From Candidatus Omnitrophota bacterium (GTDB lineage: Bacteria; Omnitrophota; Omnitrophia; Omnitrophales; Aquincolibacteriaceae): DNA of 64,000 nucleotides. The stretch covers positions 889 to 64,888 of the forward strand of contig DAOSLF010000003.1 in the NCBI GenBank assembly GCA_035368605.1, given 5' to 3'. Both the position numbers and the translations under genes were made by a program. Below, one piece after another: positions 1-10,347 of the stretch. Each line of letters starts with the position of its first letter. Within the stretch, counting starts at the first letter, position 1. The notes beneath the pieces are model-generated. The model had not been told where the DNA came from. It did not search any database and saw nothing but the letters and a program-made list of their open reading frames with translations.

Positions 1-3000
1 AATGTGAAGCGCCGGCGCCCGTCTCGGCACGGACAAGTTCTCCGGCCGCGTTATAAGTCATCGTGTAATCCCCGACTTTACATTGAAACCCGAGGAACCC
101 GCCCTCCTCATCCTGCACAATTTCACGCGACGTCCCTTGAGGCAGAGACTGTTCAAACAGCGAACCCTCCGCGAGCCGTCCCCGGACCGGAACGTAATCT
201 TCAATTTCAAGAATCAATCCGTTCGAAAACTGGATCTGCCCGGCTTTGATTCGCTGATCTTCATCAAACACAAGATTGACCGCCGTGGCGCCCGAGGCGA
301 GATGAACTTCGGATCCCTGATCCCCCTCAAAAATGATCCAGGAACCGTCCGGGGCCTGATACCCCTTCAGACTGACAGCCCGAAGACCTGTTTCCGCATA
401 GGCTGCATTCTTATAGTCGCCGGGGTCGGGAACCGCTCCGTCAGGAAGCGTTTGGAAATAATCGGAATATTCATAAAGGTAACCATCCCGGGTAAGATGC
501 TTGATCAGTTTGCCGTCGGCGTCATAAAACCATACCGTCCCGCGTTCATCCGTGATCCGGGTCTCTTCACCTTCATAAGAATACCGGGTGCTGTTCAAAA
601 CACGGTTCCGGTAGGTCAATTCCGCTCCGATGATCTCCTCATCGGAATAAAGGTAGTGAGTCACGATCCCGTTCGGGTCTGCCGAGGTTAAAAGTTTTCC
701 GCCCCTGAACCGGCGGACTTCCCCGCTCACAGGATCCGTGAAAACGGTGATCTCGTTTCCTTCGCTGTCAAACTCATAGGAAAGATCATATTGCCTTCCA
801 TCCGGCTGGATAATCCTCCGGAGCGCGCCGTAGCTGTAACTGACCGCCGGGGACCCGTCCGGGGAAGTATGATCCGGGCCGCCGATACTGATCTCGGCCG
901 AGTTCTCGGAAAATTCATATTCGTTGACGATCCCGTTCGGAAGCGTCACGCGGGTCACCTCGCTTCCGTTCAGTTCAACCCGGGTTCCGTCAAATCTCCG
1001 GAAGGTCACAAGCCGGTTCGCCCCGGCAGTCGTGTCCGTGTGAATCATCCGCGTGGGAATATCCAGATAAGGCAGGAGCCCCGGAAAAGTGAGCGGTGTT
1101 CCGGCGGCAATGGTCGCGCCGACCGAAGAAAGGTTCTCGGCCTCGATCTTGAGATTCCTGATCCGGGAAGCCCGAATACCCGCCTGCTCCTCCCAGAGAG
1201 GCTCTTCAAAAGTTTTCAGGCTCATGTAGGAAACATCCTTGAAATAGACGCATCCTTCCTTTCCCACGCCGTCGCTTTCCTTCACAAGTTCGAGAGTGAT
1301 CTCGCCTTCCAATCCGGCTTTGCCCGCCATGGGGAACCAGAAGGTCCGGTATTCCGGCACCAGGTTTTTCATGCTGAACGCATATAAAGTGTTGTAGCCC
1401 GTTCCTTTTATCTTGAACGTAAAATCCTGGTTCCATGTCATGGAGGGATCCTGCATGAGGGTGACCGACAAAAATCCGTAATCGGAGATCTCGAACGGAG
1501 AGTTTTGATGATTAAAAACCATCCCGAGGACGTGGCTTGTGCTCGTGCTTTGATATTGAAACATAAAATACGCCTGGGAGTCATAGCCGATATCGGCCCG
1601 CCGGGCATAGATCATTTCGCCCTGGGGGTGATCGGGATAACTGAACTCCCCGACGATCGACCCCGGGATCGCGATCACATTCAGCGTTCTTGATATAAGC
1701 TGCGCCCGTTCAGCGGCCCTCTCGGGAAGCATGAGATATTCGAAAAGAGGCATGGAAACGGGCTCGCCTTCCCGCGTAAATTCCGCGTCAACCCCGACAA
1801 CGCGGCCGGCCGCGTCGTAACGATAAACAAGATCCGTGCGGCCATTCCGGAGGGTCTCGACCGCCGTGATCTCGGTCCCCCGGTAATAAAGCCATATGCC
1901 CTCGCCGACACTCACCCGGTTACCCGCGAATTCATCAATATCCATCTCCCTTCCGTCGTTCAGAACCGCATGGGCCCGGATCAGGTTGCCGTCGTCTCCG
2001 AACTCAATCCCCGTAAGAATGGCCTGAGGGGTCGTGATCGAAATGATCCGGCCTCCTTCCATCTGAACCGTGTTCCCGTCCTGAATCATCGTCCGGAGCG
2101 TCCCGTCGGTATTGAAAATCCTCCGGCGGTCATTGTCCTGGATATTGAAGGAATGGATCGTTCCCCGGAGGTCCTGATCGTAGTAAAAACGACCCGTTTC
2201 CAGCTTCCCCCGCGCGAGATCAATGATGAAACTCGCAATCCCTTTTTCATAGAGCACCGTCCGGCCGTTACGAAAAACCCACTTTGAAAGAAGCCCGTTT
2301 TCAAAATACTGAATACTGCCGTCCGCCCGCCGGAGAATGCCGCTTACAAGTTTCCCGGACGAATCGATCGTAAAATTCTCGAGAATTTCCTCGGCATCGC
2401 GAACCCCTCCGCCGAAAGCCTCCGTGACGATCCCGTTCCGGATCAATGTCCTTATCTCCTGTTCGCTTTTACCGAGCATCATCGCCCAGTCCAGCCGGTT
2501 CGTTGTCCGGACCTTGAAGCCGGAAAGCGGTCCGATATAAATTTCTCCGGCAACAGGCTCCCCGTTCGCCGACTGAATGACCGTCGTTATCATCTCCGCC
2601 CTGCCGTCAAGCGGCCGCACCACCGGGATCGTGATGAACTGCCATCCCTGTTTTAGCGGTTCGGTCAGAAAAATATTCCCGGTCCCCTTGAATTCGAACT
2701 TCAGTCGTATGTTTTCCGGCGTGCCGTCACCGACGCGGACGGGAACCGAAAGAAAATCAAAGCGGTCCAGGTCCAGGGGCGCGGCGCTGTACTTGTTCCA
2801 AAGCCCCACAGGATGCTCCGCGTCCAGGAACTGGAACGCTATCTGGCGGACTTCCCCCAATAACGGATCGCGGATCAGTTCGCTTGCCGCGTAACCATGC
2901 AGAGGCGTATAAAAAGCTCCCTGGGAATCCGCCCTGTTGTAAACATCGAGCTCAAAACCTCCCATGAGGGCCCGGCCGAGATCGGTATGCCCCGTCAACA

Positions 3001-6000
3001 AAAGATATTCCTGGATATCCATTTCCCTGAAACTGCCGCCCTCTCCGAACTCGATCGCGCTGTGGTGGAAAGTTCCGTCCGGCTGGCGATAATTGAACAC
3101 ACGACCTTCGCCGAATCTGGAATCAAAAACGTTCGGAATAAAGCTCGGCTGTTTCACAAGGCCGGACATCTTTCCGTCGGGCATAACGCTTCCGCCGTCA
3201 TAAAGCACTTCGACGTTTTCGCCGAACGGGGGCATGGGGAGCGCGGAATCCGTCGCGGGGTTCAGATTCAACAGGAACGATCCGTAGAGGTTGTCGAAAC
3301 GCTCCGCGACACCCCGGTCCATCAGATAGCTCCGCAAATAACCCCGGCTCGTCGTGAGAAGCGAAAGAATGAATGATGCCTGGTCCACACCGAAATACTG
3401 CGACGAAAAAACAGGCTCTTCGGTCGGCAAGATCTCCCCCGTGACGGGATCCGTATGAAGAACGGTTCTTATCGAAAGAGCGTCCACAAAACCCGCTTCC
3501 GTCACGATCTCCGGAAAACTCGTTTCCAGATTCTTGAGAAACTGAAGCGTGTAATGCGGGGCCAGGCCAAAGGCCGAGGCTGTCCCGTAAATTGACCCGA
3601 TATCGCTATGGCGGACATCATCCGCTTCGGCGGCCGCGGGAAGACCGATTTTGCCTTCGTATCCGTACCCGGGATTATCGCCCGCCGACAAAAGGCCGGG
3701 ATTCCCGGTCCCGAAAGCGTATTCGGCCTGCACGTAAAGAAAATTCCGGAGCGCGACATTGAATTCGGGATACCGGGTTTCATCCACGTGGATCAGCGGC
3801 CAGAACATCTGGAAGGTCCCTCCGTCAAACGGCGCCGCGAGTTCGATTGCCCGGCCTTCTTCCGTCAAGTAACGCCGGATTGTGACATCCAGTCCGTCAA
3901 ACGCAGGTTGATACTCGGGGTAATTCGCCGCGAGCCAAACCATGCCCGGGCGAAATTCGTTGAACAGGCGGTCTATATAATAATTGTTAACAAACTCCCA
4001 TTGCCCGGTCTGCGGATTAAGTCCGTAAGCACCCCGGAAACGTTTTTTCACGGAATCATAAAAAGCCGCGTATCCCGCTTCCTGGGCTGTCAGGATCGCG
4101 TTAGCCCGTGCGACAATACTTTCCCGCAGAACCGTCATATCGGGCTCAAGAGAAAGATTTTTTACGGCCCCGAGCACACTCGAAAGGCTGACGGCAAGGT
4201 TCAGCGTGTCTCCAAAACCGTATTGATCGGAAAGGTTTTCGTAACGGTAAGTCTTTATGACCTCCCCGGTTGGCTCCCCGGATTCATCAAGGACCGGCTG
4301 CTCATTTTCAATGATCCTGAAAAAAGCGACCATACCGTTCCATCCCGCCTGACGCTGGACTTCCTGATAGACCGCCAGCAAGGCTTCCAGTTTTTCGAAA
4401 GCCTGTTTCCTTGAAACAAGCGGCGTTTCAAAATCACCGGCCGCGATCGCGGCAAGGATCTCGGCCCAGAAACCCACAAGCGTAGCCTGGCTGTAATCCG
4501 ACTGTTGATCTTCCGCGAGCAGGTAATTATCGAGAGGAAGTCCGGTGCCCGCGTGGAGCCCTTTGCCTTCCGAAAAAAATCCGAGCTGTTTTTCGACCAG
4601 ATACCGCCGGTAAGCGGCTTCGGCGGCCGTCAGAGCCTCCGGAGGGGACGCGGGACCGGGCTCTTGAAATTCGATCGCGTCCGAAAATTCGAGAAAACGA
4701 CCGGACGCGGTAATTTGTTTGACGATCTCATTGTTTTCGATCAGGCATTGGGTCCCGTCACGAAAAAGGATCTCGCCGCTGAAAATATACCCATTCTCAT
4801 CAACCGTCAGTGAACGCAGGCTCGCGTTGGGAAGTTCGATCACGGAAACAAAGTGCTTCCCGGGAAGAAGCTCGGGAACCTCATAGGGCTCGATCCGGAC
4901 CTGTCTGGATTGAACATAACGGACCGGGCGGCCCTGCTCGAATTCGATCCGTCCCCCGCCCGGGAGATCGATCTTTACAAGTTCGGTCAGCCTTTCAGTC
5001 AATCCTTCGCCGTTCGGATAGCGGATCACCCGATAGGTCATTCCGTCTTCCGTGATGAGGCTCTCGGGTTCCCGGCTGTTCCGATAATCGATGAAGATCG
5101 TCCGGACACCATCCGCCCCGATCCGTTCGATCACTTTGGAGTTTCGATAGATCTCTACCTGCCCGTCCGCGGATGTCCTCCTGAAACCCGTCAGGCTGGT
5201 CCCGTTCCAGACAAGCTCCGTTAAAACAGTTCCGTCCGAGAGCACGATACGGTCAAGCGAACTTTCGTCGATACGAAGAAGCGTCCCGTCGCTTAGCCGC
5301 AGGCCCTCCAGCGCGCCCTCCGCGTTATAGATCTGAACCACACCGCTTCCGTCATCCCAGGAAATCGAAAGAAGGTCGCCGTTTTGAGATATCTGATTCC
5401 CGATCGAAACAACCCGGTGATCCGGCCCCGTCAAGGCGACGGGCAGGCCATCCGCAAGCCGCAGAATCTCTCCTTTTCCTGAAACCGTCTGCCGGATATT
5501 TCCCGTCGCGTCGTATTCGATCCGTTCGAGAAGATCATTCTGCAGGGTCTCCCAGGCTTCAGGGAACGCGTCCTTGTTTTGGAGGAAAAGGCCGGGATCT
5601 ATTTCGGTCGAAAAACCCGCCGGCCTGACGGCAATAATCTTCGATAAATAACCCGTAAGATCATGCCCTTCCCGGCTGATACTTGTTTCATAGCGGAAAA
5701 AATCACCGTTCGCATTCCTGTAACCTTTGAGAAATCCGTCTTCATAATAGACCTGGGTCCCATCCGAACGTTTGATCCAGAGCGGTTTTCCCTGATCGTC
5801 ATAGCGGGCGGTGAGGTTCTCTTCAAAACTCAAAATCCCGGTCACGGAGCCTCCATCACCCGACCGGTAGGCGAAATCCGTTCTTTTTGAATCGGAGCCG
5901 AGAACATAGGCCACGGTCCCGTCCTCGTGGTAGATCAACTTCTCCCCCGACGGTTTCTCCAGGCAAACCGGCTTCCCGCCCTGATAAAGCATCCGGTCAC

Positions 6001-8260
6001 CGTTCTGAAAAACAAGAAGCCCTCCCGCGAGATTGTTCCCGGAATCAAATTCCGGAAGGTAAAGCGTATAAACCGAAGGCTGTTCGACCGCCGTCAGCAT
6101 ATCCCCGGCATACTTCAGCACCATGCCGTTTTGCGTGGTTAAGGTTATCGGGTCCGTGCCCAAAACGGGCACTCCGGGCACTTCGGGAACTTCGGGGGCA
6201 TTTTTCCGGAGCATCACTTCATGAGCCAGATAGGTCGAACCGCTTCCCCGGCTGCCGCTGATCAAAAGCTCGTTGAGACCCGGCCGGAGTCTCCAGGTCT
6301 CATTATGAAGCTCTCCGTCCACCGTGTAAGTCAGCGTATAGAATTCCTGATCCGTCAAAGACGGAGACGTCACGACCACAACGGGCAACACCGGGGCCGT
6401 CGTGTAAAAAATACTGTCGGAAAAAACCGTTCTGTTACCGGCCCGGTCCTCGACCTCGCACAAAACCGTTTTTAATCCGTCTCCTCCTTCCCCGGGGATC
6501 TCAACAACCTTGTTCGCTCCGTAAGTCTCCCAATCCGTCCAGCTGGACCCGTCATCCAGTGAAAACCTGACGCTGGCAACCGGGGAAAGATCGTCCTGCG
6601 CCTCGATAAAAAGAGCCAGGGCCCTCGAATCCGTCTCGGCGTCCCCCCTGTTGATCCGTAAACTCCCCCACGGCGGCACCGTATCCAGAAAAATCGTCAC
6701 GGTCTTCGTCGAAGTGCGTCCGAAAATATCGGTCGCGGAAAGAACCACCGTGTTCTCACCTTCCTGCAGGGAATAGCTCCGGGTCCGATCCTTGCCGTCC
6801 ACGGTGTAACGAAGTTCGCAGGAGCTTTCCCGGGTGTAAACCGGCTGTTCGGGTATTTCGATCTCGGGCGGAGTCGTATCAAGGACCCGGCGGCCGTCAT
6901 TGTAAAATTCTTCGACGGAACCTTCTTCGTAAAGGACCTGATAACCGGTGACGGCTTGTCCGTCCGTGATATTCCGGATAATGCTTTTGGCGGGTATCGT
7001 GCTCGCGCGGTCGAGCGCGGCTGTCAGCGATTCGGGGAGAAATGCGCCGCGGCCATAAGACTCGGAGGTCGCCCGGATACTGTAATTCCCGGTCCCGGCG
7101 TTCACGAATACCGGATCGGCCTTCAGATTTCCGGCTGTCTGCGCCGCGGCCGCGGGAGGCGTAGCGCTGCCATAAGCGGTACTCCGTTCCGTATTCTTCC
7201 AAAAGGTATTGTTCTCCACCACGGCATATCCGCGGCCTGGCTGACCGGCGGAGTGGGCGGCCCAGGAGAACTCATAGATCGATGAAAATGTGCTTCCCGT
7301 GAAAATATTATTACAGATCCGGCTCTTCGCTCCGGAAAGGACGTTTATGGCGATATCGTTCGCCACGAAGGTGTTGTACCTGATCACGGTCGTGTCCTTC
7401 GGGAGCTGGACTCCGACATGCGTCATCGAAAAATAATTCATTTCGATCAGCGTATCGGAACCGTTCCGGACATGAATGCCGTAATCCTTGTTAGCCACGA
7501 TCCGGTTATGGCGGATCACAACCCTGTCTCCTTCAACGCGGATCGCAGCGGAAGGAGTCCCCGCGTAAGGGCCGATCCCCGAGATTGTCAGTCCTTCAAT
7601 CCGGTTATTCCCCATCGCGCGAATCCCCTGGATTCCCGTTTCATAATCACCGTGAAGGATCGTCGTATCTGCATTCTCCCCCTGCAAATTCACCCCGGCT
7701 TTCAGAATCAGCCCTTGGGGACACCCAAAGGCGTCGCGTTCGTAATGATAAGTGCCGGAATGGATGAAAAGGGTCGTCCCGGCTTCGGCGTTATCGATCG
7801 CGGACTGGATCGATTGTCCTTCATAGACATGACGGAACATTCTGCCATCCGGAAGTTTTTCCGTTACGATCCGTCCGGATTCATCATAAATATTCTGGTC
7901 CGTTCCCGGACTTTCGGAAAGCGGACCGGCGTTATTAGCGAGGAACTGCGTGGTGGCATCCGCAAGAACCGGTTCATCCGGTGCCGTTGATGAAACATTT
8001 GCCGCCGCGACAACCGGTCGGACCGCGGTGAGATCATAGTCCTGCGACGGAAGACCATCGCACCAGACCGTCTGGTGCCAAACAAGACAGAATACCAGGC
8101 AAAGCGCCACCACTCTGATGGACAGCCGATGCGAGCAGCGGCAGAAACGCTTCGCGAACGCAGGAAGTGGCAAGACTCCCGAAAGAGAAGCCTCCGCTTG
8201 AACCCGCGGCAAGATCATCACATCCCGATCACTTTGGCGTTCGTCGGATATTTTCTTCAT
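1..8260 (-). CDS. Giant secreted multidomain protein, N-terminal >2,750 aa only (C-terminus lies beyond nt 1): signal peptide, parallel beta-helix repeats, Ig-like modules, glucoamylase/GH144-like region, many YD/RHS-type repeats
   Basis: Absent from the ORF track because no stop codon falls inside the window. Hand translation of the minus strand from ATG 8260 (alt ATG 8218) gives MKKISDERQSDRDVMILPRVQAEASLSGVLPLPAFAKRFCRCSHRLSIRVVALCLVFCLVWHQTVWCDGLPSQ... The frame was spot-checked open at nt 7618, 6538, 5278, 4498, 3418, 2338, 1498 and 58. No minus ORF in this frame is listed over 8.2 kb; all listed ORFs here are short shadow ORFs. Motifs: NNRIEGLTISG, VIRHNRIVANKDYGIHV, VIRYNTFVANDIAINV (beta-helix); YRYDAAGRVVGV, YEFDSEGNEI, FYDADGKLI, YDDQGKPL (YD repeats); YFGVDQASFILSLL (GH144/PF10091-like). 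Confidence 0.85.
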   Translation of the reverse strand, partial: MKKISDERQSDRDVMILPRVQAEASLSGVLPLPAFAKRFCRCSHRLSIRVVALCLVFCLVWHQTVWCDGLPSQDYDLTAVRPVVAAANVSSTAPDEPVLADATTQFLANNAGPLSESPGTDQNIYDESGRIVTEKLPDGRMFRHVYEGQSIQSAIDNAEAGTTLFIHSGTYHYERDAFGCPQGLILKAGVNLQGENADTTILHGDYETGIQGIRAMGNNRIEGLTISGIGPYAGTPSAAIRVEGDRVVIRHNRIVANKDYGIHVRNGSDTLIEMNYFSMTHVGVQLPKDTTVIRYNTFVANDIAINVLSGAKSRICNNIFTGSTFSSIYEFSWAAHSAGQPGRGYAVVENNTFWKNTERSTAYGSATPPAAAAQTAGNLKADPVFVNAGTGNYSIRATSESYGRGAFLPESLTAALDRASTIPAKSIIRNITDGQAVTGYQVLYEEGSVEEFYNDGRRVLDTTPPEIEIPEQPVYTRESSCELRYTVDGKDRTRSYSLQEGENTVVLSATDIFGRTSTKTVTIFLDTVPPWGSLRINRGDAETDSRALALFIEAQDDLSPVASVRFSLDDGSSWTDWETYGANKVVEIPGEGGDGLKTVLCEVEDRAGNRTVFSDSIFYTTAPVLPVVVVTSPSLTDQEFYTLTYTVDGELHNETWRLRPGLNELLISGSRGSGSTYLAHEVMLRKNAPEVPEVPGVPVLGTDPITLTTQNGMVLKYAGDMLTAVEQPSVYTLYLPEFDSGNNLAGGLLVFQNGDRMLYQGGKPVCLEKPSGEKLIYHEDGTVAYVLGSDSKRTDFAYRSGDGGSVTGILSFEENLTARYDDQGKPLWIKRSDGTQVYYEDGFLKGYRNANGDFFRYETSISREGHDLTGYLSKIIAVRPAGFSTEIDPGLFLQNKDAFPEAWETLQNDLLERIEYDATGNIRQTVSGKGEILRLADGLPVALTGPDHRVVSIGNQISQNGDLLSISWDDGSGVVQIYNAEGALEGLRLSDGTLLRIDESSLDRIVLSDGTVLTELVWNGTSLTGFRRTSADGQVEIYRNSKVIERIGADGVRTIFIDYRNSREPESLITEDGMTYRVIRYPNGEGLTERLTELVKIDLPGGGRIEFEQGRPVRYVQSRQVRIEPYEVPELLPGKHFVSVIELPNASLRSLTVDENGYIFSGEILFRDGTQCLIENNEIVKQITASGRFLEFSDAIEFQEPGPASPPEALTAAEAAYRRYLVEKQLGFFSEGKGLHAGTGLPLDNYLLAEDQQSDYSQATLVGFWAEILAAIAAGDFETPLVSRKQAFEKLEALLAVYQEVQRQAGWNGMVAFFRIIENEQPVLDESGEPTGEVIKTYRYENLSDQYGFGDTLNLAVSLSSVLGAVKNLSLEPDMTVLRESIVARANAILTAQEAGYAAFYDSVKKRFRGAYGLNPQTGQWEFVNNYYIDRLFNEFRPGMVWLAANYPEYQPAFDGLDVTIRRYLTEEGRAIELAAPFDGGTFQMFWPLIHVDETRYPEFNVALRNFLYVQAEYAFGTGNPGLLSAGDNPGYGYEGKIGLPAAAEADDVRHSDIGSIYGTASAFGLAPHYTLQFLKNLETSFPEIVTEAGFVDALSIRTVLHTDPVTGEILPTEEPVFSSQYFGVDQASFILSLLTTSRGYLRSYLMDRGVAERFDNLYGSFLLNLNPATDSALPMPPFGENVEVLYDGGSVMPDGKMSGLVKQPSFIPNVFDSRFGEGRVFNYRQPDGTFHHSAIEFGEGGSFREMDIQEYLLLTGHTDLGRALMGGFELDVYNRADSQGAFYTPLHGYAASELIRDPLLGEVRQIAFQFLDAEHPVGLWNKYSAAPLDLDRFDFLSVPVRVGDGTPENIRLKFEFKGTGNIFLTEPLKQGWQFITIPVVRPLDGRAEMITTVIQSANGEPVAGEIYIGPLSGFKVRTTNRLDWAMMLGKSEQEIRTLIRNGIVTEAFGGGVRDAEEILENFTIDSSGKLVSGILRRADGSIQYFENGLLSKWVFRNGRTVLYEKGIASFIIDLARGKLETGRFYYDQDLRGTIHSFNIQDNDRRRIFNTDGTLRTMIQDGNTVQMEGGRIISITTPQAILTGIEFGDDGNLIRAHAVLNDGREMDIDEFAGNRVSVGEGIWLYYRGTEITAVETLRNGRTDLVYRYDAAGRVVGVDAEFTREGEPVSMPLFEYLMLPERAAERAQLISRTLNVIAIPGSIVGEFSYPDHPQGEMIYARRADIGYDSQAYFMFQYQSTSTSHVLGMVFNHQNSPFEISDYGFLSVTLMQDPSMTWNQDFTFKIKGTGYNTLYAFSMKNLVPEYRTFWFPMAGKAGLEGEITLELVKESDGVGKEGCVYFKDVSYMSLKTFEEPLWEEQAGIRASRIRNLKIEAENLSSVGATIAAGTPLTFPGLLPYLDIPTRMIHTDTTAGANRLVTFRRFDGTRVELNGSEVTRVTLPNGIVNEYEFSENSAEISIGGPDHTSPDGSPAVSYSYGALRRIIQPDGRQYDLSYEFDSEGNEITVFTDPVSGEVRRFRGGKLLTSADPNGIVTHYLYSDEEIIGAELTYRNRVLNSTRYSYEGEETRITDERGTVWFYDADGKLIKHLTRDGYLYEYSDYFQTLPDGAVPDPGDYKNAAYAETGLRAVSLKGYQAPDGSWIIFEGDQGSEVHLASGATAVNLVFDEDQRIKAGQIQFSNGLILEIEDYVPVRGRLAEGSLFEQSLPQGTSREIVQDEEGGFLGFQCKVGDYTMTYNAAGELVRAETGAGASH

Positions 8261-8427
8261 CGATCAGAAAGATATCCGCGCGAAAGATCAAAGTACACGG
8301 ATTTAAAGCTTAAATTTTTTGGTTCTATCTCATAAGACGATTCATATCGCTTATAAATAGATTTTTGGGGCCGGGCAGCAAAAACCGCTAAAAAAGGATC
8401 AGGGATGGAACGGCGAGAAAGGCAATG

Positions 8428-8619
8428 CTAGAAGCTGAACTTTCCTGCGCAATGTTTTTCTTCGAGGATATCAAATATCTCGTTGATGTAGCCCTGGATG
8501 TGGACAGGCGGCTGATTATCGAAGAGGAGGGACAGGTTCAGGAGGAAACGGCGGACTTCCGTGGCGAGCTTCTGGTCTTTGATCCTGGAAAGCCTTGTTT
8601 CCAATTCTTCCATCAACAT
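8428..8619 (-). CDS. Hypothetical small helical protein (63 aa)
   Basis: ATG start with GGGAGA 9 nt upstream. GC3-rich codons like neighbouring genes. Lies in an otherwise AT-rich 600-bp divergent control region. No family recognised. The overlapping plus-strand ORF 8425..8715 looks less protein-like. Confidence 0.35.
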   Translation of the reverse strand: MLMEELETRLSRIKDQKLATEVRRFLLNLSLLFDNQPPVHIQGYINEIFDILEEKHCAGKFSF

Positions 8620-8856
8620 TTGCTACTATCTCCCGTTTTCTTCAGGGAATATAACTCATTTTATGATAATTTGCAAGTCAATAAAGTCTTCGATATAGCA
8701 TTAAATAGCTATTGATTGCTTTGTATAGTCGATAAACCAAATAATTGATTTAAATTCACTAAGGTAAAGAAGAATCCGGTTCGATAAGTAACCATGACGT
8801 TATACACTATCCGGTGCCGGTTGCAGACTCTCAAACATAAACGAGGAGCCTCTTTC

Positions 8857-10272
8857 ATGAAAAAGACCATAGCGGTCCTTGCGATTCTCAGTATCACATT
8901 TTTGTCCCCCTTTTCCGCCTGGGCCGTCGGGTCAGGAGGCCTCGAGAACGCCTCCTTCAGCGCCCAACAGCTGAGCCTTGGCGGCGCCACGACAGCGACA
9001 CCGGATGAACCGGCCGCCATCTCCTACAATCCCGCCGGCATCGTGGACCTTCCCGGCGTCCAGGTCCAGGCCAGCCAGAACTTTATCAGCATGCTGACGT
9101 TCAAGGATAATGACGTCACAGGGGACACCCGGAGCTCGGGAACGCTCGCGTATGTCCCGACCGCGTATGTCACGATCAACCCGGGAAGGGTCTTCTGTGA
9201 CCGCCTGGCTTTCGGCATCGGAAGTGACTCCCCCTTCGGGCTCATGAACAAGTACAATTCCAGTGATCCGGCGACCCATTACACGGGCTGGCGGAACTAT
9301 CTCAAGATGTTCACGCTAAAACCGACCGTCGCCTACAAGTTCACGGACAAGCTCTCGATCGGCGGCGGCCCGATGTGGTACCGGATTTACGATTTCGGAG
9401 GCATCCAGGGTTATCCGAACAACCTCATCACGATCCCCTTCCTCGGAGTCAATACAGCTGACGGACAGATCAGGATCAACACGTCCGGCAACCATTGGGG
9501 ATGGCAGCTCGGCACACTCTATAAATTCAATGAAAAACACCGTGTCGGTTACTACTTCCGCAGTCCCGTGGTCGTGAACCTGAAAGGCCGGGTCAAGGTA
9601 GAAAACTCCAACATCTCACCACTTCTCGGCGGTCTCGGCCTCCGTAATTTTGAGACCGGTGTGCATACGAAGATGAGCCTTCCGATGAGCATGACTTGGG
9701 CCTACGCGTACCAGCCGACGAAGAAAACACACTACGAAGCCGATTTCATCTGGACCCGCTGGTCCACCATGAAACGCGTCTATTTCGTGAACGACACTTC
9801 CGGAAACGCGCTGGACGATGCGATCCTGAACGCGGTCCGCAGCGCCGACAAAGACTGGCGGGACGGCTTTGGATTACAGCTCGGGGCAAGCCACAAGCTC
9901 ACGGACAGGCTGACGCTCCGCGGCGGAAGCTGGTTCTACTGGACCCCGGTCCCGAAAACCCATTTCACACCAAGTATCCCCGATGCCAATCACCTGGTGC
10001 TTTCTCTCGGTCTCGGCTACAAGCTCAGCAAATATCTTGTCGCCGACCTCGCCTATTACAACTCGTTCTATTTCAAACGCCGGATCAATAATGACATCGC
10101 CGAGAATGCCGCGCTCCTCAACTCCTCCGTGGACGGGCATTACAAGACTTATTCGCAGGGCCTTACCGTCAGCATGACGCTCAAGTGGGATGATATCTTT
10201 CCCCGCGTGACGCGCGCGGGCGACGAGGAATCCATCGGTTCGTCCATGAGCATGAACCCGGCCGCCAGATAA
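8857..10272 (+). CDS. Outer-membrane transport protein, FadL/OMPP1/TodX family
   Basis: Internal ATG 8857 preceded by AGGAG (8844-8848). Signal peptide MKKTIAVLAILSITFLSPFSAWA. N-terminal GLENASFSAQQLSLGGATTATPDEPAAISYNPAG matches the FadL-family hatch motif. Barrel-like alternating sequence over about 470 aa. Confidence 0.75.
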   Translation: MKKTIAVLAILSITFLSPFSAWAVGSGGLENASFSAQQLSLGGATTATPDEPAAISYNPAGIVDLPGVQVQASQNFISMLTFKDNDVTGDTRSSGTLAYVPTAYVTINPGRVFCDRLAFGIGSDSPFGLMNKYNSSDPATHYTGWRNYLKMFTLKPTVAYKFTDKLSIGGGPMWYRIYDFGGIQGYPNNLITIPFLGVNTADGQIRINTSGNHWGWQLGTLYKFNEKHRVGYYFRSPVVVNLKGRVKVENSNISPLLGGLGLRNFETGVHTKMSLPMSMTWAYAYQPTKKTHYEADFIWTRWSTMKRVYFVNDTSGNALDDAILNAVRSADKDWRDGFGLQLGASHKLTDRLTLRGGSWFYWTPVPKTHFTPSIPDANHLVLSLGLGYKLSKYLVADLAYYNSFYFKRRINNDIAENAALLNSSVDGHYKTYSQGLTVSMTLKWDDIFPRVTRAGDEESIGSSMSMNPAAR

Positions 10273-10280
10273 AAAGGTCC

Positions 10281-10330
10281 GAAAAACAAAAACCCGGTAC
10301 CGGCTTTGGCCGGCACCGGGTTTTTTTATT
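10281..10330. terminator. Bidirectional rho-independent terminator between convergent FadL-like gene and gpsA
   Basis: Stem cccggtaccggc (10293-10304) / gccggcaccggg (10309-10320) with one A-C mismatch, loop tttg. T7 run at 10321-10327 and an A-rich run upstream, 10281-10292. Confidence 0.8.
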
Positions 10331-10347
10331 TTGGGAACGATCAGGTC

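Noticed and set aside
8425-8715. 96-aa plus-strand ORF in the AT-rich spacer
   Set aside because: It has no SD and odd composition, and it overlaps the better-supported minus-strand 63-aa ORF.
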